Origin: an uncultured Candidatus Saccharibacteria bacterium
GTDB taxonomy: Bacteria > Patescibacteriota > Saccharimonadia > Saccharimonadales > CAZWFS01
Length of the DNA stretch: 60,006 nucleotides
NCBI GenBank assembly: GCA_964633325.1
Contig: CAZWFS010000007.1
Coordinates: 1 to 60,006 of the forward strand
Reading direction: 5' to 3'
Position 1 is the stretch's first letter; every line of letters begins with the position of its first letter. Both the position numbers and the translations under genes were made by a program. A model generated the notes under the pieces. It had not been told where the DNA came from. It saw only the letters and a program-made list of their open reading frames with translations, and searched no databases. Shown piece by piece: positions 39,172-49,905 of the stretch.

Positions 39172-40953
39172 TTAATTCCGCTTCAGCATAACAGTGAACG
39201 CCTCGGCGGGGATGTCTACTTTGCCGAAGCGTTTCATGCGTTTTTTGCCCTTGGCTTGTTTGGCCAGGACTTTTTTCTTCCTTGAAACGTCGCCTCCATA
39301 CAGACCGGTCGTAACATCTTTGCGATAAGCGCTGATGTCTTCGCGCGCGATGAACTTGCCACCGATGGCGGCCTGCAAACTGACTTGGAACTGCTGCTTT
39401 GGAATTACATCCTTTAGCTTCGTTACTATTTCGCGGCCTAAACGTTCTGATTCGCTACGATGAACCATCGTGCTTAGAGCCTCGATAATTTCACCCGCCA
39501 CATAGAAATCCAACCGAACCAAATCTTCGGCCCGATAATCCGCTAAATCATAATTGAACGAGCCGTAGCCGCTAGTAAGACTTTTAAGTTGGTCGTAGAA
39601 GTCAGTAAGCAAGTTGGCTAGCGGAGCCTCAAAATCTATGACAGCCAGGTGGGCGTCTACATAGGACAGATTCTTATGCTGCCCGCGCTTGCCAGCAATT
39701 AGCTGGATTACAGAACCAACATAATCTTTTGGTGCTACCACTTCACCCTTAATCCATGGTTCACGGATTTCCAGTATTTTGGCAGGATCCGGCAGATCCG
39801 CGGCGCTTTTGATGGACATTTCTTCACCGCTAAGTAGCGTCAATTGATAGTCGGTAGATGGATTTGTAATGACCAGCTCCAGGTTATATTCCCGCTCCAA
39901 TCGCTCCCTCACTATATCCATATGTAACAGCCCCAGGAACCCGACCCGCACACCAAAACCAAGCACTGGCGAATTTTCGGGCGTGAACTGCAAGGCCGAA
40001 TCGCTCAAAGACAGCTTCTCAATAGCATCCTTCAGCAATTGGTAGTTTTCGTTGCTGTCAGGAAAAAAACCAGCATAGACGAAAGGCTTTACATCCTGGT
40101 ATCCCGGCAAGGCTTTGGATGGCGGTCGGGTGGAGAGTGCCACCGTATCTCCAACCTTGGCATCCCTAGTAGTTTTTAGGTTGGTTACTAAATAGCCGGT
40201 CTCTCCAGTTGCTATCCGCGGCAACGGGGACATGTCAGGCTTTAAGGCGCCTACCTCCAGCGCGATACCCTCCGCATTGGTTGCCATCATGGTTATGGCG
40301 TCATTTTTCTTAAGCTGGCCGTCTACTACCCGAATGTACAAAATAACGCCTCTGTAATCATCGTAATAACTATCAAATATAAGCGCACGGGTCGGGCTCT
40401 CGGGTTTGCCGGTAGGGTAGGGGATATCCGCAACCAAGCGTTCCAATACATCGGCCACCCCTTGGCCGGTTTTGGCGGAAACATGTAGGATGTCTTCCTT
40501 TTTACAACCTAATAACGATACAATTTCGGAACTTACGCGCTCCCCATCGGCGGCCGGCAGATCAATTTTGTTCAGCACTGGAATTATTACCAACTCGGCT
40601 GCCAAAGCCAGATAAACATTGGCTAGCGTCTGAGCCTGGATACCCTGACTTGCGTCCACTACCAGCAGCGCGCCCTCGCAAGCCTCCAAGCTGCGCGATA
40701 CTTCATAACTAAAATCTACGTGACCGGGCGTATCAATCAAGTTCAGCTGATAGCCCTTATCCTCCATCCGCACCGGCTGTAGCTTTATAGTGATACCTTT
40801 CTCGCGCTCCAGATCCATTCGATCCAACAGCTGCTCTTTCATAAGCCGTTTCTCTACCGTCCCCGTAAGCTCCAACAGCCGATCCGCCAAAGTACTCTTC
40901 CCATGATCAATATGAGCAATAATACAAAAATTCCTAATATGCTCCTGGTCCAT
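39172..40953 (-). CDS. lepA: Elongation factor 4 (LepA)
   Basis: IRNFCIIAHIDHGKSTLADRL, DTPGHVDF, GFLGLLH, KKRMKRFGKV. Confidence 0.98.
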   Translation of the reverse strand: MDQEHIRNFCIIAHIDHGKSTLADRLLELTGTVEKRLMKEQLLDRMDLEREKGITIKLQPVRMEDKGYQLNLIDTPGHVDFSYEVSRSLEACEGALLVVDASQGIQAQTLANVYLALAAELVIIPVLNKIDLPAADGERVSSEIVSLLGCKKEDILHVSAKTGQGVADVLERLVADIPYPTGKPESPTRALIFDSYYDDYRGVILYIRVVDGQLKKNDAITMMATNAEGIALEVGALKPDMSPLPRIATGETGYLVTNLKTTRDAKVGDTVALSTRPPSKALPGYQDVKPFVYAGFFPDSNENYQLLKDAIEKLSLSDSALQFTPENSPVLGFGVRVGFLGLLHMDIVRERLEREYNLELVITNPSTDYQLTLLSGEEMSIKSAADLPDPAKILEIREPWIKGEVVAPKDYVGSVIQLIAGKRGQHKNLSYVDAHLAVIDFEAPLANLLTDFYDQLKSLTSGYGSFNYDLADYRAEDLVRLDFYVAGEIIEALSTMVHRSESERLGREIVTKLKDVIPKQQFQVSLQAAIGGKFIAREDISAYRKDVTTGLYGGDVSRKKKVLAKQAKGKKRMKRFGKVDIPAEAFTVMLKRN

Positions 40954-41040
40954 AACAACTCAGTATAACAGAGGTGATTTTACTAATACATTAACCTGAT
41001 ACTTTTGAGCAAAAAAATAAATGTAGGGTAAAATGCCCTC

Positions 41041-41403
41041 GTGTCGATTCTTGCCTTTTTATTAAACCTACCGTGGACATTATCAGGCATTTTATGTGCG
41101 GCGATATCACTACCTGTCAGAGTACGCCTTTCACGAAAACCTTTTGCCGTTATTGCTTACGTCAGAAGTTTGTGGTGGAAAAAAGTAGGAGTGCGAGGCA
41201 CTGCAATCGGTCATGTAGTATTGCTAAAAGCCACAGCCGACGATAAGGATTTGGCGCATGAGCTGGTTCACGTACAGCAGAATATACGTATGCCGTTTTT
41301 TGGCCCTTTTGCGTATATCTATCAGTCTCTACGGTATGGTTATCGCAATAACAAATACGAGCAGGAGGCCTACGCCAAATCCGGCAGCCGCTACATCGAA
41401 TAA
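41041..41403 (+). CDS. Small HExxH protein (DUF4157-like)
   Basis: GTAIGHVV, LAHELVHVQQ, NKYEQEAY. Confidence 0.7.
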   Translation: MSILAFLLNLPWTLSGILCAAISLPVRVRLSRKPFAVIAYVRSLWWKKVGVRGTAIGHVVLLKATADDKDLAHELVHVQQNIRMPFFGPFAYIYQSLRYGYRNNKYEQEAYAKSGSRYIE

Positions 41404-41440
41404 TGTGATTGGTTTCAGTTTTTAAGTACCGCATGAAGCC

Positions 41441-41564
41441 TAGGACTTACGCACGCGAGTGCAGTTTGGGCGAAAGGAGAGCAACGTAAAGGAGCCGTAC
41501 TTAAAGGTACGGTGAGTGCGTAGCGGAAGCTTTCGCCCGAAATGTGCCGCGTGCGTAAGTCCTA
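41441..41564. repeat. 124-bp palindromic intergenic element between convergent genes
   Basis: Perfect 17-bp IR TAGGACTTACGCACGCG / CGCGTGCGTAAGTCCTA; inner 9-bp IR GGGCGAAAG/CTTTCGCCC; apical CCGTAC/GTACGG hairpin followed by TGAG. Confidence 0.8.
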
Positions 41565-41568
41565 CTCT

Positions 41569-43161
41569 TTAGAAATCGACGCGGATGGGTTTTAATACTA
41601 TCTGCTTCATCTTTGCAAGCACTGGCCGGACCTCTTCTAGGCCCATAATGGCTGAAATCAACACATGCACGGTCAAGGTTGCTCCAGCAATAATACCTAA
41701 TTTGGCGCCTAGGGTAACGAATCCGCGATCGGCAATCTTCAGCGGCAGGAAAGATACCATTATGAAGCTCGTCAGTATGCTGAAGCCCGTAACCGATAAA
41801 ATGCGGACACATCCGCCCCAAAATTCACGGTCCAACAGCTTGTGGTCGCGGGCTGTCATAACACCCACCAATATTACAACTTCACTTGTCGCAACAATGG
41901 ACTGCGCCATAGCCAAACCAGAAACGCCGTAGGACGATGGGCGCGACAGGAAATATGCCAGGAAAATATTAAAAGCGATAGCGAACAGTGATATATACAA
42001 AGGCGTCTTAGTGTCCTTCTGCGCATAAAAATAGCGCGATACAATTGAATAGATGATCCGGAACAGGATAGCTACTGTAAGGAAGCCAAAGATAAGGGCT
42101 ACTTCCGGGGCAACATCACCAAACAAAAGACGCGCCAGGTAGCCACGGCAAAAGTAACATATGACTACCACCGGCATACTTATCCAGATCATGGTCCGTA
42201 GGATTTTTAGGAAATCACGTCGGAAAAGATCGGGCCGGTTTTGGCTTAAGCGTTCGGTCAAGCGGGGAAATGCAGCGGTAGATATTGACGTACCTATTAA
42301 GGAGATGGGTACATTATGCAGCGTAGTTGCATAGGTATAGTAACTGGCTGGTCCTTGGCCCAATAGGATGGCCCGATTAATTTCAACTATGCTGTTGATC
42401 GAGTCGATCCCTTGGTCAACCGAGCGTGCGGGCAGCTGCCGAAGAATCTGTTTGAAATGACTGCTGCGCCAAATAATCTTAGGCCTATATTTAAATTCCA
42501 AACCTACTAGTCCGAAGCAGGCTATCACCAGCTGCAATACCGCGCCGATGAGCGCCCCCACCCCCAGACCAATAACCCCAAGGTTGTCTTTAAAAACATA
42601 GATACTGAATATGATTGCCAAATTATAAAACAGCGGTGCCATGGCATAGAAAAAGAACCGGCCGAATGTCTGCTGCATACTAGTGATGATGCCGGAAAGA
42701 GTAAAGAATAAGGGGTTTAGGGCTACCAGCCGCATTATGGTGACTGCCTGGTGATGATGCTCGGGGTCAAGTTTGGGAGCCACGATACGACCGATCAGAG
42801 GATCCGCAAAGATGAAAATTATAAGGGCCACGAACAACATGACCAGTGTCAATAGGTTTAACAGGCTGCTAGTAAGCTCCCAGACGCTTTGCCTGTCACC
42901 TTTTTCCAGCCTGTCTGCCAAAATGGGCATGAACGCCACGCCCAGTGCTCCGGCAGCGATGGTTAAGAAAAAGAAGTCAGGTATCTGGAAGGCCGCGAAA
43001 AAAGCATCTGTACTGCCGGGATCAACCTGTGTAAAATTAGTACTGACTAAACGGTTGCGCAAGAAGCCCAACACCTGGCCAAAAAGGGCTACAGCAATCA
43101 GCAATGTGGCTGCACCACCTAAAGATATCCGCCGGTTGGCTCGTTTCAGTAGTCTATTCAC
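41569..43161 (-). CDS. murJ: Lipid II flippase MurJ (MviN)
   Basis: LGFLRNRL, DAFFAAFQIPD, AAFPRL, RYFYAQKDTKTP; about 14 TM helices. Confidence 0.95.
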   Translation of the reverse strand: MNRLLKRANRRISLGGAATLLIAVALFGQVLGFLRNRLVSTNFTQVDPGSTDAFFAAFQIPDFFFLTIAAGALGVAFMPILADRLEKGDRQSVWELTSSLLNLLTLVMLFVALIIFIFADPLIGRIVAPKLDPEHHHQAVTIMRLVALNPLFFTLSGIITSMQQTFGRFFFYAMAPLFYNLAIIFSIYVFKDNLGVIGLGVGALIGAVLQLVIACFGLVGLEFKYRPKIIWRSSHFKQILRQLPARSVDQGIDSINSIVEINRAILLGQGPASYYTYATTLHNVPISLIGTSISTAAFPRLTERLSQNRPDLFRRDFLKILRTMIWISMPVVVICYFCRGYLARLLFGDVAPEVALIFGFLTVAILFRIIYSIVSRYFYAQKDTKTPLYISLFAIAFNIFLAYFLSRPSSYGVSGLAMAQSIVATSEVVILVGVMTARDHKLLDREFWGGCVRILSVTGFSILTSFIMVSFLPLKIADRGFVTLGAKLGIIAGATLTVHVLISAIMGLEEVRPVLAKMKQIVLKPIRVDF

Positions 43162-43313
43162 TCGTACCCATTATAGGGGGCGAGCTAGTAATTGGGAATC
43201 AAAACACTAATGGTTGGGTCCTTGTAGGCTTAATGAGGTGTTTCATTACGTACACATCCCAGGGAATGTAAAACTTGCTATCGGTCTCAATAACTTACTA
43301 GTGCCGGAAGATT

Positions 43314-45428
43314 TTAATTAGCAACCTTAACTGTAATGCTAGAACTGGCTACTTTTCCGTCTGTATCAGTTGCTTGTACTTTGATCGTGTGGTTGCCGTT
43401 GGCAACTTTTTTTGTATCCCAGGCAAAGGTATAGGGTGCAGTAGAGTCAATCACTACCAGGACTCCATCAACGTAAAGCCGTCCTGAAGCCACACCTTTA
43501 TCGTCTGTCAAAGTAGCTCTAACGGTTACTATGCCTGACACTGTCGCGCCTGCAGCTGGTGCAGTAATAGTTACCTTTGGTGCTTGATTTACGGTACTTA
43601 CTTGTCCAATCTTGACATCAAATATTGACAATTCAGTCGAACCAAAGAGACCAGTTGCCGTTAATCTTATGGTGTAAAGCCCGCCATCGTATTTAGTGGC
43701 ATCTATTGTTCCCAGCAACCCGTTATTGACTTGTCTAGTTGCATTGGGTACCGGTACTGCTGTCCAACTGGTTGGGTTACGGCCTTTTCCAGTCTCCAGT
43801 TTGTAATTTTTAAAATTTGGTCCTGGGGTACCGCCCATGATTCTTTGGTTGGCTTGGCCAGGCAAAATAGCATCGGTCGTGCGCAAGTTGCTAATGTATG
43901 GCGCCAATGGCTGAAAATTATTGTAGGCTTCGCTATTGGCATCGATACGCCCAAACCCAAAATTATTGTCACGGCCGACAGGTGACAAGTCACGGCTGCC
44001 AACTCTAAGCAACTGGCGGATTGTTTCCGGTTGGTTAGCATAATCGGGAAAACGCGCCATCAATTGTGCTGCCAAACCTGCCACGTGCGGTGCGGCAAAG
44101 CTAGTGCCGCTTTTCCAGCAAAGTATTCCATACCCACCGCCTGACGGCCTGTTACATAATGGGGAAACATCAGAAGTAACTGATAGTATGCTAACCCCTG
44201 GAGCAGCTACATCTATTTTTGGCCCCCTGTTAGAATCGCTTGCCAGCTGATCTGAAGGATCGGTTGAACTAACAACAATAGCATCACGGGCTGCAGCTGG
44301 CATTTGACCTAGTGCGTCTGCTCCGTTACCGTTGCCAGCTGACGTTACAATGACCATGCCGCGGTCATGTTCGTATTTGACCGCGTCATCAATTGCACGG
44401 GAATAGCCTAGAACGCCATAACTATTATTACTGACTTTAGCGCCTTTGTTAGCAGCATAAACCAAAGCCTTAACTACATTAGCAGACGTTCCGCTACCCT
44501 GGTTATTTAAAAACTTGAGGGCCATTATACTGGTTTGCCAGTTAACCCCTACGACTTCGACACCATTATTCCCGACTGCGCCCATAATGCCGGCTGTCAT
44601 GGTTCCGTGCCCGAAATCGTCGTTGGGATTATTATCGTTGTTAGCAAAATCCCAGCCATAATAATCATCTATGTAACCATTGGCGTCATTATCGGCACCA
44701 TCTACGGGATCGGCAGTATTGACCCACATATTTGCCGCTAGGTCAGAGCGTCCACGATCAACACCACTGTCAATACTTGCTATTACTATGTTTGCACTGC
44801 CGGTACTATGGTCCCATGCCCCAGCAGCATTAATTTTTTTCATGCCCCACATGTCATCGTAACCCGCAAAAAGTCCATTGGAAGAGTAATAGGGGTCATT
44901 AGGCACGGCATTAGCTTTCGCGACAAAAACCGGCTCTACCGCTTCCACGTCGGGATTGTTCGCATAACTCTTTATAGCTTTCTCTAACTGGCCAACAGCA
45001 TCAGGATCTTGAGCACGTGTTACTTTTTTCTGACTGTTTTTGGCTAGTTTTACGTTGTACCAGCCGAATATTTCACTATCACTTGTTCCGTCTTTTGATT
45101 TTTTAACGACTGGCTCAAACTTGGTAGCACCTACCGCTCCATTAAGAGCATCTAAAGAAGCTCTCCCTGTTTTAGTCGGTGCAGGATTTTCTGAAATACC
45201 TGGGCGCGCAGGCGCTTTAAGCTTTAACAATATTTCATCATTTAATACCTCTGATTGATCGGCAATAACTGCTTTGTGGGCTTGGGGTAAATCATCTGGT
45301 TGGGCATCAATTGCTGATATGTTAAGCGTATTTATACTAAGGCCGGATAATAAAACTAAGGCCGGAGTTATATAGATAGAGCGAGCAACAAGACGCTTCC
45401 CTGCTACGAAAAACTTTAAAATTCCCAT
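43314..45428 (-). CDS. Secreted S8 subtilisin-like protease with propeptide and C-terminal Ig-like domain
   Basis: IDSG (Asp), FGHGT (His), SGTSFAAPHV (Ser); C-terminal TITAPAAGATVSG...YTFAWDT..VANG.HTI. Confidence 0.93.
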   Translation of the reverse strand: MGILKFFVAGKRLVARSIYITPALVLLSGLSINTLNISAIDAQPDDLPQAHKAVIADQSEVLNDEILLKLKAPARPGISENPAPTKTGRASLDALNGAVGATKFEPVVKKSKDGTSDSEIFGWYNVKLAKNSQKKVTRAQDPDAVGQLEKAIKSYANNPDVEAVEPVFVAKANAVPNDPYYSSNGLFAGYDDMWGMKKINAAGAWDHSTGSANIVIASIDSGVDRGRSDLAANMWVNTADPVDGADNDANGYIDDYYGWDFANNDNNPNDDFGHGTMTAGIMGAVGNNGVEVVGVNWQTSIMALKFLNNQGSGTSANVVKALVYAANKGAKVSNNSYGVLGYSRAIDDAVKYEHDRGMVIVTSAGNGNGADALGQMPAAARDAIVVSSTDPSDQLASDSNRGPKIDVAAPGVSILSVTSDVSPLCNRPSGGGYGILCWKSGTSFAAPHVAGLAAQLMARFPDYANQPETIRQLLRVGSRDLSPVGRDNNFGFGRIDANSEAYNNFQPLAPYISNLRTTDAILPGQANQRIMGGTPGPNFKNYKLETGKGRNPTSWTAVPVPNATRQVNNGLLGTIDATKYDGGLYTIRLTATGLFGSTELSIFDVKIGQVSTVNQAPKVTITAPAAGATVSGIVTVRATLTDDKGVASGRLYVDGVLVVIDSTAPYTFAWDTKKVANGNHTIKVQATDTDGKVASSSITVKVAN

Positions 45429-45578
45429 ATATTTTAGTACCCCCTATACAAGCTATATAGTTAGTAATTGCAGTATATTTGCCTCTTATGCAATACGTCA
45501 ATTAAATATGTTTTAATCACAACTATTATAGTGATTAGGCAAGACGTTCAAGTTATCGTGTGTGCGGTATGTATTAAC

Positions 45579-47447
45579 CTAGTAAAGCGCTGCGGCTTTT
45601 GGCATATTCGAGCCTTCTAATAGGTTAATAACTTCCTCGGCCTCGATGGTTTCTTTTTCCAGAAGCCTACTTTTAAGCACTTTTAACTTTTCGATATTGG
45701 CGTTGATTACAGTACGTGCGCGGTTGGCAGCTTCGGTAATCAAGCTCTCTACTTCATCGTCAATTATTTTGGCCGTATCGTCTGAATACTGTCGTTCATG
45801 CATTACGCGCTCCATCATAATTCCTTCTTCTACGTGGAAAACTTGGTCTCGTAATTTCTTGCCCATTCCCTGGTTTACTACCATCTCTCTAGCAAGTTCG
45901 GCTGCTTTCTGCAGGTCGTTGCCAGCGCCGGTGGTTACTCGGTCTTGGCCGTATATAACTTCCTCGGCAATCCTCCCACCCAGCATACGGGCCAGCACAT
46001 CCTTGTATTCAATGATGCTGTGGTAGCTCTTGTCCTCTGGAGGAATGAACCAGGTAACGCCTCCTGTACCACCACGAGGTATAATTGTAACTTTATGCAC
46101 AAGATCGCTGTCCGGCAATACATGTCCTACGATGGCATGGCCAGCCTCATGATATGCGGTTAGCTCTTTCTCCTTATCGCTCATAATTTTACTTTTACGC
46201 TCCGGCCCGATAGCCACTTTCTCAAATGCTCCGGTAACATCAGACTGATTAATCTCTTTGCGATTATGTTTGGCTGCTATGATAGCCGATTCATTGGCAA
46301 TATTAGCCAAATCTGCACCCGATGACCCGGCTGTCTTGGCGGCTAACGCATCAAGATCTACAGTCTTTGATATAGGCTTTTTAGCAAAATGTACTTTCAA
46401 AATAGCTTCCCTATCCTTGCGATCAGGTAGATCTATATTTACACGGCGGTCAAAGCGTCCGGGCCGTAGTAGGGCAGGATCTAGCACATCGGCACGGTTT
46501 GTGGCGGCCAGCACAATTACATTCTGGCCTTGTTCGAAGCCATCCATCTCTACTAATATCTGGTTAAGAGTCTGCTCCCGCTCATCATGGCCGCCGCCCA
46601 TACCGCTTCCTCTACGCCGGCCTACCGCATCTATCTCATCGATAAAAATAATACATGGTGCGTTCTTCTTGGCCTTGGCGAAGAGATCGCGCACACGGGA
46701 AGCCCCCACACCTACGAACATCTCCACAAATTCCGATCCACTAATACTAAAGAACGGCGCGTTGGCTTCCCCAGCCACTGCCCGGGCCAACATAGTCTTA
46801 CCGGTACCGGGAGGCCCCACCAGTAGCACGCCCTTGGGTATACGCGCACCAACAGCTTCAAACTTTTTTGGAAATTTCAGGAATTCAACGACTTCTTCCA
46901 GATCCTGTTTGGACTCTTCCGATCCAGCTATATCGCTGAACGTTACCTTGTCTTTCTCGTTCCCATATAACCTAGCGCGGCTCTTGCCAAAACTCATCGC
47001 CTGGTTACCTTGCCCCTGCGCGCTTCTTAGCATAAAGAACAAGACCATGCTTATGATGATGACCGGGATGATCGAGGAGCCTAATGCGATCCACGTAGAA
47101 CTGGCGTTGGACTCGCCCTCGTTTTCTACTTGTACTTTGGAGTAGTCTATCCCCGCTTCTTTGAGGCTTTCGTCAGGATTTTTGCGTGATTTTAATGTAG
47201 CATTACCCTCACCTTTTTTGATGATCTCCAAGTTATCGCCTTTTATGACGATTTTCTGATATTGTTCCTGGTTGGCTTGCTGTATGACTTCGGAGTAGCT
47301 AATTTTCTTGAGGTTATCCGGTTGGCTAAAGGCCGCGAATACGATCAAGCCAAATAGCACCACTAGAGCCACAAAGCCCAGGTTCTTTATCCCGCGCCGT
47401 CCCTTGTTTCCTCCACCTTGTTTCGTGCCAAAGGGCTTCTTATCCAT
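45579..47447 (-). CDS. ftsH: ATP-dependent zinc metalloprotease FtsH
   Basis: Two TM helices, [36 protein letters not shown]; RBS before ATG 47447. Confidence 0.98.
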   Translation of the reverse strand: MDKKPFGTKQGGGNKGRRGIKNLGFVALVVLFGLIVFAAFSQPDNLKKISYSEVIQQANQEQYQKIVIKGDNLEIIKKGEGNATLKSRKNPDESLKEAGIDYSKVQVENEGESNASSTWIALGSSIIPVIIISMVLFFMLRSAQGQGNQAMSFGKSRARLYGNEKDKVTFSDIAGSEESKQDLEEVVEFLKFPKKFEAVGARIPKGVLLVGPPGTGKTMLARAVAGEANAPFFSISGSEFVEMFVGVGASRVRDLFAKAKKNAPCIIFIDEIDAVGRRRGSGMGGGHDEREQTLNQILVEMDGFEQGQNVIVLAATNRADVLDPALLRPGRFDRRVNIDLPDRKDREAILKVHFAKKPISKTVDLDALAAKTAGSSGADLANIANESAIIAAKHNRKEINQSDVTGAFEKVAIGPERKSKIMSDKEKELTAYHEAGHAIVGHVLPDSDLVHKVTIIPRGGTGGVTWFIPPEDKSYHSIIEYKDVLARMLGGRIAEEVIYGQDRVTTGAGNDLQKAAELAREMVVNQGMGKKLRDQVFHVEEGIMMERVMHERQYSDDTAKIIDDEVESLITEAANRARTVINANIEKLKVLKSRLLEKETIEAEEVINLLEGSNMPKAAALY

Positions 47448-47497
47448 ACATCTCCCTGCTAATGAATACTCATTATACAAACTGTGAGCACGCTTTT

Positions 47498-48403
47498 CTA
47501 GCGGCGAGTGTTATTGAGTGCCAGAAAGTCCCGACCTATGATAATCTTCCGTTCTCGATTAACATCGGCCAGCCTACCCGGATTGTAGGTTTTAGCCGAT
47601 GCAACGAGCCGCTCCAATGTTTTTTTACTAAACTCACGAACTCCAGCCGATCTAAGCCAATGAGCCATAACTTCGCGTGCCGTAGCATGAGGCAACATAA
47701 TGAACCAATGACGATCCAATTGACTCCTTACTTGTTGTAGGTGTAAATGGTTAATCAACTCTTCGTCAATCTGTCGATTGAGCCCATGCATAAGCTCGAT
47801 CAAGTCGAGCATTTTCTGTCTGTCTACGCTCGCGAAGCGGGTAAGGATATTGTGGCGTATATGATTGCGCAGGTAGGTGGTGTCCCCATTGGTACTGTCC
47901 TCTCGCCAAACAAGCTGATTATCTTGGGCGTACGCAATAAGCTGAGGTTTTGGAACACTAAGCAACGGACGGATGACTAATTCCGTGCTTTTCAAAGACG
48001 AAAGTCCCAATCGGCCGGTTCCGCGGATAAGATTAACTATAGCCGTCTCGATTACGTCGTCCTGATGATGCGCGGTAATAATGGCCTGTGCGTCTGCGGC
48101 TCGCCTGACACAATGCAGAAATGCATAGCGCGCAAGCCGCGCCTGTTCTTCGCTTGCCCCCTTACCTAATCGCCCGGCATCAAACACAAAAGGTAGACCA
48201 TAGGTTTGAGCCAGTTGTTGTACCATCCTCAAATCTTTCTCTGAATCCGCCCGTATTCCATGATCAAAATGTGCTACCACTAATTTCCAAGGATTACCCT
48301 TGGAAATTAGATTTTTATGTTGTAGCAGGTGCAAAAGCGAAATAGAATCAACTCCTCCGCTTACTGCCACCACATATCGTCCAGGTCGTACTTCAATTTC
48401 CAT
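47498..48403 (-). CDS. tilS: tRNA(Ile)-lysidine synthetase
   Basis: VAVSGGVDS, HFDHGIR, TAHHQDD..ET, IRPLL, RNHIRH; upstream of ftsH. Confidence 0.95.
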   Translation of the reverse strand: MEIEVRPGRYVVAVSGGVDSISLLHLLQHKNLISKGNPWKLVVAHFDHGIRADSEKDLRMVQQLAQTYGLPFVFDAGRLGKGASEEQARLARYAFLHCVRRAADAQAIITAHHQDDVIETAIVNLIRGTGRLGLSSLKSTELVIRPLLSVPKPQLIAYAQDNQLVWREDSTNGDTTYLRNHIRHNILTRFASVDRQKMLDLIELMHGLNRQIDEELINHLHLQQVRSQLDRHWFIMLPHATAREVMAHWLRSAGVREFSKKTLERLVASAKTYNPGRLADVNRERKIIIGRDFLALNNTRR

Positions 48404-48443
48404 GCCCTATAATTTTACCAGTGTCGGGTTTATGCTGTTCTGT

Positions 48444-48610
48444 TATAGCAACCCCAAAATAAAACCTGCATTCTGAGCCGCGCCTCGACGGATAAAAACT
48501 GTCATCCCTCCCGCAACGTATCAACAGATATGTTTTAGTCGGCAATGATAGTTTTTGACTCACCGATCCATCAACTCAAAAAAGACATGTTTTGTTTTGA
48601 GGTTGCTATA
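48444..48610. mobile_element. 167-bp MITE-like or long-hairpin element
   Basis: 22-bp terminal IRs matching at 20/22 (TATAGCAACCCCAAAATAAAAC / GTTTTGTTTTGAGGTTGCTATA); inner IR AAAAACTGTCAT/ATGATAGTTTTT; TATA at both termini. Confidence 0.55.
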
Positions 48611-48619
48611 GTCTCTAAG

Positions 48620-49363
48620 TCAGGTATCCAGGAAGCTCAGATGCAGGAAAATGGCGGCGGCACACATGTCAGCTAATATACCAATCTTTATGTCTGGGTT
48701 AGCGGCTCTCAATGGATCAAACCCATTTTTAATTCTTAGCATCAAACCCCCATCAGTATGAGATTGCAAGTACTCGAACTGCTTTTGCAGTAAGGGCAGC
48801 CCGTCTAGATAATGCTGCGACCATTGGTACCTAGAAGTTGGAGGCTCCTTATTACCCCTCACGAGTTTGTAATAATCAATTGGGCTTGGGGCATTTTTCG
48901 TTTCCTTAGTTACTTCTAATAATTTCTGTGTTTTCTTTAATGAACTAGACCAAGCCACTTCCCGGGCGGCAATCATATTTGCTACGTCTTTATTATCGCC
49001 TTTTTTCATAATATTGAGTACGGTATCAATGACTTTATCGGGCTTGGCACATGTAAGTCTAGCGGCCACGACCGGAAACATAATCTCTAATAATCCAAGG
49101 TTGATAAACTTGTTGGATTTGTGCCAGTTGCTAGACAGCAGGGCTTCGACCTGCCGACTAAAAATTGAGCGACTGCCCGCTTGCCAGTCGGCAGCGAAGC
49201 CTGCGAATACATCGCTTACATTAATTGCGGCTATAATAAAATCTTCAAGAGGTTTGCCTTCGATATCCACGTATCGGCCAGTACAACCCGACTTGTCCGC
49301 AATTGCCTCCAGGCAAAAAGCCTTGCATACCAAATTTTGCACCTCACGCGGTCGCAGTTCCAT
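48620..49363 (-). CDS. CitG-like (triphosphoribosyl-dephospho-CoA synthase family) protein
   Basis: CLEAIADKSGC...LEDFIIAA, INLGLLEIMFP, C-terminal G.LADMCAAAIFL resemble short CitG homologs; recalled, not searched. Confidence 0.55.
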   Translation of the reverse strand: MELRPREVQNLVCKAFCLEAIADKSGCTGRYVDIEGKPLEDFIIAAINVSDVFAGFAADWQAGSRSIFSRQVEALLSSNWHKSNKFINLGLLEIMFPVVAARLTCAKPDKVIDTVLNIMKKGDNKDVANMIAAREVAWSSSLKKTQKLLEVTKETKNAPSPIDYYKLVRGNKEPPTSRYQWSQHYLDGLPLLQKQFEYLQSHTDGGLMLRIKNGFDPLRAANPDIKIGILADMCAAAIFLHLSFLDT

Positions 49364-49422
49364 TATTTCCAGCATATCATGCGATATGTTAGGCCGTTCA
49401 CCATGCGCTATACTAAAACCCG

Positions 49423-49893
49423 ATGTCTTCTAAAAAACCCGTTATTACCATCTGCTCCAGCGCCGCTTTCTATCGTCAAGCCAATGACATAAAAGAGCAG
49501 TTGGAAAAACAGGGTTTTACTGTTCTTATCCCGGCCATGGCCCTGAGGATGAAAGAGGCGAATGATTTTGAAGTCAGCCATCACAAGACTTGGTTTGGAG
49601 ATGCCAATGATTACCACAAAAAGACCGCCCTTATGCGGGGGCACTTTAATGAAGTAGCAAAAGCCGATGCAATTTTAGTCCTAAATTATGAAAAACACGG
49701 CGTAGCTAATTACATAGGTGGCAATGTGCTGATGGAAATGGCCCTGGCATTTCATCTGAACCTGCCCATTTTTATACTTAACGAAATCCCTGACCAGTCC
49801 TCATTCCTAGAAGAAATCATTGGATTGCAGCCCATAGTACTGCACGGCAAGGTAGAAGAATTACCAGTAAAGATTGAGAAATTAGCGGCTTAA
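49423..49893 (+). CDS. Nucleoside 2-deoxyribosyltransferase-like protein
   Basis: ITICSS.AF, KADAILVLN, YIGGNVLMEMALAF.LN.PIFILN. Confidence 0.65.
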   Translation: MSSKKPVITICSSAAFYRQANDIKEQLEKQGFTVLIPAMALRMKEANDFEVSHHKTWFGDANDYHKKTALMRGHFNEVAKADAILVLNYEKHGVANYIGGNVLMEMALAFHLNLPIFILNEIPDQSSFLEEIIGLQPIVLHGKVEELPVKIEKLAA

Positions 49894-49905
49894 GCAGCGG
49901 CAGCT

